Virus record (IMG/VR): IMGVR_UViG_3300014204_000120
Location: 32,001 to 96,000 of that record
Length of the DNA stretch: 64,000 nt
Direction: 5' to 3' (one strand)
Source: a virus
Lineage: Duplodnaviria > Caudoviricetes
How positions within the stretch are numbered: the stretch's first letter is position 1; every line of letters begins with the position of its first letter. The notes beneath the pieces are model-generated. The model was not told where the DNA came from. It ran no database searches and worked only from the letters and a program-made list of their open reading frames with translations. Positions 58,506 to 64,000 of this stretch are shown here, in pieces. The translations under genes and the position numbers were made by a program.

Positions 58506-59327
58506 ATGTCTTTTCTGAATGTATTAAAAGAAAAACTTCAAGCTCAACAGATTTGGGATGAGTTAAAAGGCAAGTATGAAATGCATTTTAATGTGAATGG
58601 AGTTGATTATGCGTTTATAGCTACTTCTGTTGGTGGCGATGTTAATGATGATACTATATGGTACTTAGAATTTGAAAACACACAAAGTCATAGATTAAGT
58701 AACGGTGATAATGATAAGAACGTTATTAAAGCTATGGTAGAAGCAGTTAAGACATGGGTAGAAGAAACAGGACCTTATTCATTCTTTACGCACGGTTCTA
58801 CTATTGAATCTATGAAAGCTGTTATTGAAGGTATTAAAAAGGCTGTTAAAAAATATAATGTTACTGATGATACTGCTGATAAGAAAGACGAACAAGGTAA
58901 TGTTATTGAAGGTAATCCAATAGGTAAAGTATCATGGAATAAAATGGCGGATGTTGAAGTAACACCATCAGAAGAAAAAGCAGATACTAAAAGTATTGAA
59001 TTTGAAAAAACATTTGAAGAACCTAAAGATCTTAAAACAACTAAAGATTTTACAAAAGGAACTTCTAAAACTGATAAATTAGATAAAGGCGATAAATCTT
59101 ATGAGCTAAAGACCGAATCTGTTGAAGTTGGTAAAACCGTTACAATACCTAAAGATCTTACAACGGATCCAATTAATAAACAAGGTAAGTCTGGTAAAGT
59201 TATTAAAGTTACTGATGATGTTGTAGAAGTTAAATTTGATGATAATAAAGTTGGTAAATATAAATCTGAAATATTTGAAAGTACTGGATCGTGGCAAGAC
59301 TTTAAAAATAAAAGAATAAATTCATAA
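58506..59327 (+). CDS. Modular hypothetical protein with C-terminal SH3/KOW-like domain
   Basis: MSFLNVLKE; VGKTV...GKVIKV...VEVKFDD. Confidence 0.5.
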   Translation: MSFLNVLKEKLQAQQIWDELKGKYEMHFNVNGVDYAFIATSVGGDVNDDTIWYLEFENTQSHRLSNGDNDKNVIKAMVEAVKTWVEETGPYSFFTHGSTIESMKAVIEGIKKAVKKYNVTDDTADKKDEQGNVIEGNPIGKVSWNKMADVEVTPSEEKADTKSIEFEKTFEEPKDLKTTKDFTKGTSKTDKLDKGDKSYELKTESVEVGKTVTIPKDLTTDPINKQGKSGKVIKVTDDVVEVKFDDNKVGKYKSEIFESTGSWQDFKNKRINS

Positions 59328-59337
59328 GGAAACTAAC

Positions 59338-60621
59338 ATGTCTTATAAACAATACTTAAAAAATTTAAAAGAAGCATCTGAACAAATTAATAATCCAGAT
59401 TATAAGTTTTATGTAGTGGCAAATGGTGTAATACATTCTGGTTGGGAATATATTGAAGATGCTAAAGATGATATAAAAGAGTTAGAAGAAAATGGACTTA
59501 AGGCCAGAGTATATCAGCGATTTGGTTTAAAAAAGCTAGGATTAAGTCCTGATAATAATAGTGATTGGGGTAATGCTTATAAGACAAATAAAGTTGAACA
59601 AAATGAAGGTATATTTGATGATAATGATTTTAATGATAGAGAAGAACCAGAAAATGTTGAAACAATTAAATATGAAAAAATTGAACCTATTACAGACGAA
59701 GAGGGAAGTACAGTTCATTGGTTTCATGATGAAGAAGTAGAGTTTACTGATAATATAGAACAAACAATTCAAAGTATTATTGATAATGGATACGAGGATT
59801 TTTTATATAGTGAATTAGGATCTGAAGAAGGAATAATGAGTCCTGATGAAAAGATAGTCTATTGGGGTAGTGATATTCAAGATTATTTAAGAAAACATAA
59901 AGTAAATGAGAATGAGAATGTAACGAAAATAGTAGATCCTGAAACTGTTAATCCTCAAGAAATTAATAAGTTAATAAAGGCACCTTATGTTAATGCTATG
60001 TTATCTACATTAGGTGGAAAGGATAGAGCTTCATTATTAATTAAGTTTTCATTAGATCCAAAAGAAAAATGGGCAAATAATATACTACAAAATTCTAGAT
60101 GGGGTATGTTTCATTTAAATAATAATGGTAGTCTAGAACTATCTCACGGAAAAATTAAATTTAGAAAAACAAAAGTTACAAGTTTAGAAGATGCAATTAA
60201 CAAAATTAATGCAGCTATAGAAAATCAATCTACAACGGAATCATGGCAAGAATTTAAAAATAAGAAACTAAATGAATGGGAAGACGATGAAATAGACGAC
60301 GAATTAAATACTTTGTTAGGAAAAGTTTCAGACGAAGATATAGCTAATGCTCCTTCTGATGATAACGAACCTGAAGAAGTTGAAGAAGACAAAACAACTA
60401 TTACTATTAATGAAATTCTAAATAAATTACAATTACTTGCTAGAAAGAAACCAATTGAATATAATAACATGATGACTGATTGGAGAGATTCGGTTCCACA
60501 TACCGGAAAAGAAGATGTTTTTCTTAAAAGTGATAAATTTCAAGGTTGGCTAAGAGATAGTGGCGAAGCTGATGCTTTTATGAAAGATTTGGCCAATAGA
60601 TGCTCTGGTTTGAAGTTATAA
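59338..60621 (+). CDS. Modular hypothetical (polyprotein-like) internal protein
   Basis: MSYKQYLKNLKE; internal xNE/xTE linkers. Confidence 0.5.
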   Translation: MSYKQYLKNLKEASEQINNPDYKFYVVANGVIHSGWEYIEDAKDDIKELEENGLKARVYQRFGLKKLGLSPDNNSDWGNAYKTNKVEQNEGIFDDNDFNDREEPENVETIKYEKIEPITDEEGSTVHWFHDEEVEFTDNIEQTIQSIIDNGYEDFLYSELGSEEGIMSPDEKIVYWGSDIQDYLRKHKVNENENVTKIVDPETVNPQEINKLIKAPYVNAMLSTLGGKDRASLLIKFSLDPKEKWANNILQNSRWGMFHLNNNGSLELSHGKIKFRKTKVTSLEDAINKINAAIENQSTTESWQEFKNKKLNEWEDDEIDDELNTLLGKVSDEDIANAPSDDNEPEEVEEDKTTITINEILNKLQLLARKKPIEYNNMMTDWRDSVPHTGKEDVFLKSDKFQGWLRDSGEADAFMKDLANRCSGLKL

Positions 60622-60648
60622 CTAAAAAATCAATTACATACCAATATC

Positions 60649-60677
60649 TTGACAATTCTATGATTTGAATGTATATT
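60649..60677 (+). promoter_or_regulatory. sigma70-type promoter
   Basis: TTGACA, 17 nt, TATATT. Confidence 0.8.
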
Positions 60678-60696
60678 ATAGAAGAAAGGGATAATT

Positions 60697-61335
60697 ATGG
60701 TCAATTTTAAAGAATACATTAAAAAACTTGAAACAAATCAATTAGTTGAAACTAGTTTGTCTAGAGTATGGTCTTATATGGAAAAGTATGAGACTGGAAT
60801 TATAACTGCTTTTAGATATGCTGAAGATTGTGGAAATGGAAAGAAATATAGTAGACACGAAAACAAACAACGTAATAGATCTTTATTGGCTAAGTTAAGA
60901 AATATGGGTTATGGAGTAACAGCTGTTCAAGGAACATGGATAAACAATGCTGGGCTAAAAAGTGCTGAAACATCTTACTTTGTTGTAGATATAGAAAATA
61001 TTGGAAAACTTAAAAATAATCTTATTGAGTTAGGTACAGAGTTTGATCAAGATGCAATTTTATGGATTCCTAAAGGTGGAAAGAATGCAGAAATGATTGC
61101 TACTAATCAATGTGAAAATGGATTTCCTGGACCTAATAAAGTTAAGATTTTTAGTGGAGTATACTTTGGAGATAAAGGAACCGTGTTTACTAGAGTTGGG
61201 GATAGACCATTTATATTTAAGGAAGATTTTATAGTTAAAGATATAACAATTCCTCCTCATGGTTTTATGGGAGTATTAGGTTGTAATACTTTTTCAAAAA
61301 TGAAATGGCAGAATATATCAGTAGATAAGGATTAA
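60697..61335 (+). CDS. Conserved phage protein, paralog 1 of 4
   Basis: ETSLSR...GIITAFR...RNRSL...LG.EFDQDAIL. Confidence 0.55.
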   Translation: MVNFKEYIKKLETNQLVETSLSRVWSYMEKYETGIITAFRYAEDCGNGKKYSRHENKQRNRSLLAKLRNMGYGVTAVQGTWINNAGLKSAETSYFVVDIENIGKLKNNLIELGTEFDQDAILWIPKGGKNAEMIATNQCENGFPGPNKVKIFSGVYFGDKGTVFTRVGDRPFIFKEDFIVKDITIPPHGFMGVLGCNTFSKMKWQNISVDKD

Positions 61336-61338
61336 TAT

Positions 61339-61986
61339 ATGAGTGAATTTAAAGAATATATTAAACAACATGAGTTAAATCCACTTGTTGAATCAGGATT
61401 ATCACGAATATATGATATGATGAAACTGCATGATTGCGGTATTATTACAGCTTTTAGAAGTTATGCAGATTGTGGTAAAGGTGCAAAATATTCAATAGCA
61501 GATAATAGAAAAAGAAATAAGTCGTTGTTAGCTAAACTTCAGGATAAAAGATACGGAGTTACTAATGTTCAAGGTGCATGGATTGAGAATATGGGAACAG
61601 ATTTTGAAAAGTCTGGTGCAGAAACATCTTTTTTTGTAGTTGATTTAAATGATAATGGAACTTTAGAAAAGGATTTACAATCTTTAGGAGAAGAATTTGA
61701 ACAAGAAGCTATCTTATGGATTCCTAAAGGTGGTGAGTCTGCAACTTTTATTGGAACTAATCGTTGTCCTAATACAAGAATTAAATACGGTGAAAAACAA
61801 GTTGTAGGTAAAAGATTTTTAGGTAAGAAAAGTGAATTCTTTACATCTATTTCTAATAGACCATTTGTATTTGAAAATATTAAAGATATACATGAACTTG
61901 TATTACCTGAAGGATTTTTTAGTCGTTGGGTCTGTAATTCATGTGCTAAAAAGAAATGGCAGGATATGAAAGTAGAGGAAAATTAA
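61339..61986 (+). CDS. Conserved phage protein, paralog 2 of 4
   Basis: ESGLSR...GIITAFR...LGEEFEQEAIL. Confidence 0.55.
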   Translation: MSEFKEYIKQHELNPLVESGLSRIYDMMKLHDCGIITAFRSYADCGKGAKYSIADNRKRNKSLLAKLQDKRYGVTNVQGAWIENMGTDFEKSGAETSFFVVDLNDNGTLEKDLQSLGEEFEQEAILWIPKGGESATFIGTNRCPNTRIKYGEKQVVGKRFLGKKSEFFTSISNRPFVFENIKDIHELVLPEGFFSRWVCNSCAKKKWQDMKVEEN

Positions 61987-61988
61987 TT

Positions 61989-62699
61989 ATGGACTATAAA
62001 AATTTTATAGATTGTAAAAATTTATATCAATTAGATTATTATGGAGAAACTATAAGAGTTTTTAAAGGGCTAAAGCTTTATGAACAAGGATGTCCAAATT
62101 TAAGTGTTATAAGTGAATCTTCATTAAGTCATATATTAGATTTAATGCAAAAACAGACATTTGCTATAATTTCCGCGCATTTAGCAATGTTTGATCGTAA
62201 AGAAAACATTTTAAGAAATAGAAAATTAAGAGCTATATTTAATAATGCTAAAATGGGAGTTCATTCATTAATAGGGCATTGGAGAGAATGTCAGTTAAAA
62301 GGTACAGATAACAATCCAATTAAATATCAAGATTGTCCTGAAAATAAATTAGTTGATGTGATTGAAAGAAGTTATTTAGTTATTAAACCAAATAATATGA
62401 TTTATGATGATTTTGAAAATCTTATTCGTGACGCTATGACTATCGACGGAGAAGTACAAAACGGAGTAATTATTAAAAATGCAAAAGGCGATTATGTTGT
62501 AATGGATAAACAAGGAGTTAAATTTAAAATTGGAAATAATATTAAACTTAATAAAATAGCTCAAGCATATTCACAACACATTAAAAAACAAAATGTTCCT
62601 TTTATGTTTGAAGGTTTAGAAGTACCAAATGGGTCTATAATGTCATATCAAATATGGAACAATAAAGAACAAAATTTTAGATATGATAAGGTGGATTAA
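61989..62699 (+). CDS. Conserved phage protein, paralog 3 of 4 (track start 61956)
   Basis: ESSLSH...AIISA...EN..RNRKL...G.W.E...E.SY.V. Confidence 0.5.
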   Translation: MDYKNFIDCKNLYQLDYYGETIRVFKGLKLYEQGCPNLSVISESSLSHILDLMQKQTFAIISAHLAMFDRKENILRNRKLRAIFNNAKMGVHSLIGHWRECQLKGTDNNPIKYQDCPENKLVDVIERSYLVIKPNNMIYDDFENLIRDAMTIDGEVQNGVIIKNAKGDYVVMDKQGVKFKIGNNIKLNKIAQAYSQHIKKQNVPFMFEGLEVPNGSIMSYQIWNNKEQNFRYDKVD

Positions 62700-62702
62700 A
62701 TT

Positions 62703-63404
62703 ATGAGTTTTAAACAATATATAAAGAATAAAAATGAGCAACTAATAATAGAGTCTGGGTTTTCTAGATTGGCTCAAATTATTACCGGATTAGTACCAAG
62801 TGTTAAAACTTTTGCTTTTGTAACATGGGAAAATCCAATGAATCAAGAATTAAACAAAAAAGAAAACGAAGATAGAAATAATCGGTTAAAAAGTCAATTA
62901 AGAAGTGGAGCATATGGTTTTATTCAAATACATGGTAAATATGATTATTTAGAAAATCCATATTTTATTTTAAATATAACTGAAAAAAATGCTATTGAAT
63001 TAGGCAAAGAAGGAAAACAAGAATCTGTTATCTTTGGCTTTGGAGAAGTTAAAGATAAATTTAATATTACTTTTAAAATGATATATTGTTTTACCGATCA
63101 AATACTTGTTAGGAGAGTGCGGCGAACTCGTGAAGAAAACAATTATTATTCAGAATATAAAGGTGGAAAATTTCAAATACCATTTTTTGATGATCACTTT
63201 AAAACAGCTAAGTTTGATAAAGGTAAAATAGTTAAAGATTCATATAATATATTTTATCAAAAAGACTTTCCAGAAGAAATTATTAATGAAGTAGAAAAGC
63301 GTGTATCAGATAGATATGATGAAAAATTGATTGGAAAACATCACTGGCTTATGCGCGGTATATCTTTTGAAATGCTTAAAGAATATCTACAAAACAAATC
63401 TTGA
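62703..63404 (+). CDS. Conserved phage protein, paralog 4 of 4
   Basis: ESGFSR...TWENP...EN..RN..L...LG....QESVI. Confidence 0.5.
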   Translation: MSFKQYIKNKNEQLIIESGFSRLAQIITGLVPSVKTFAFVTWENPMNQELNKKENEDRNNRLKSQLRSGAYGFIQIHGKYDYLENPYFILNITEKNAIELGKEGKQESVIFGFGEVKDKFNITFKMIYCFTDQILVRRVRRTREENNYYSEYKGGKFQIPFFDDHFKTAKFDKGKIVKDSYNIFYQKDFPEEIINEVEKRVSDRYDEKLIGKHHWLMRGISFEMLKEYLQNKS

Positions 63405-63429
63405 CAATATTTTTGGAAGATATTATATT
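63401..63429 (+). promoter_or_regulatory. sigma70-type promoter
   Basis: TTGACA, 17 nt, TATATT. Confidence 0.8.
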
Positions 63430-63461
63430 TGTAATACACATCATACAGAAAGGATGTTTAA

Positions 63462-63728
63462 ATGTATTCAGTCTATTCACTTAGAAAGAATGGTTATCGT
63501 GTATGGGTTCAGCACATTCGACCTGTTATAACAATTCAAGATGATAATAATAATTTTCGGGATGAAGTACTTTCTCGTGGTGGAGAAACTAAGGTTGAAG
63601 TTAGAGTTAGGGATACAGACGCTTTGATTGGTGTAGGTACAGCTCGTTGTAGTTTAAAAGATAATTATAATAAGAAATTGGGCGTTCAAATTGCTTTAGG
63701 TAGAGCATTATGTGGTAAACTAAGTTAA
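63462..63728 (+). CDS. Small conserved phage protein
   Basis: RGG.T...A.CS.KDNYNKK.G..IALGRA; RBS GAAAGGA. Confidence 0.6.
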   Translation: MYSVYSLRKNGYRVWVQHIRPVITIQDDNNNFRDEVLSRGGETKVEVRVRDTDALIGVGTARCSLKDNYNKKLGVQIALGRALCGKLS

Positions 63729-63742
63729 AAAGGAGTTATTTG

Positions 63743-64000
63743 ATGTCTTTATCATATGATGAAATGAAGTTGAAGTTAATTCAGGCGTGTGATTCTTATT
63801 ATAATAAATCATTTTCTTTTATAACAGATAAAGAATTTGATGACCTTAAAGATGCGTTTAAAGAACAATATCCAGATGATCCGTTTTTAAAAACCATTGG
63901 TGCTCCTGTTCCTGAAGCTTCTGATTGGTCTAAAGTAAAACATAGTATTCCTATGTGTTCGTGTAATAAGGTTAAAACTGTTGATGAATTTATAGATTGG
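63743..64000 (+). CDS. ligA: NAD-dependent DNA ligase (3' partial)
   Basis: My translation MSLSYDEMK...DSYYN...ITDKEFDDL...IGAP...KVKHSIPMCSCNK matches LigA domain Ia; RBS AAGGAG. Confidence 0.8.
   Translation, partial: MSLSYDEMKLKLIQACDSYYNKSFSFITDKEFDDLKDAFKEQYPDDPFLKTIGAPVPEASDWSKVKHSIPMCSCNKVKTVDEFIDW

Noticed and set aside
16553-62564. Short antisense or alternate-frame ORFs (e.g. 24001, 24738, 56278, 58148, 60225)
   Set aside because: They lie within well-supported plus-strand genes and mirror their low-complexity codons.
1-64000. Stop-codon reassignment
   Set aside because: Known genes are full length and tightly packed in code 11. The TAG ending 52908..54248 overlaps the next RBS.
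1-64000. tRNA genes, introns/inteins, diversity-generating retroelement
   Set aside because: No cloverleaf, splice motifs, reverse transcriptase or TR/VR pair was recognised by eye.

Overview
AT-rich segment of a large T4-like (jumbo-type) myophage, almost all on the + strand and read in the standard genetic code. From 1 to 23 kb it holds tail fibre, baseplate (gp25, gp6, gp7-like) and tail-terminator (gp3) genes plus regA, under T4-type late promoters (TATAAATA). A homing endonuclease and a minus-strand cassette interrupt this region. The cassette contains an intact Cas12f/TnpB-family nuclease, a ~230-nt promoter-driven structured RNA, a 6-repeat CRISPR array with type I-E-like geometry (29-nt repeat, 32-nt spacers) and a small secreted protein. 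One spacer matches this phage's own neighbouring structural gene at 31/32 nt. From 23 to 30 kb and 47 to 63 kb, about 30 unrelated ORFs start with a T4-like capsid-targeting peptide, including a CCA-adding enzyme, an AAA ATPase, a GNAT and a nucleotidase. From 30 to 47 kb there is a 22-gene glycan cluster (glycosyltransferases, NeuA/NeuB, Maf-like, radical SAM) with an IscB omega-RNA-like relic near its end. The window ends in the start of an NAD-dependent DNA ligase. All calls come from reading motifs by eye; no database searches were run.
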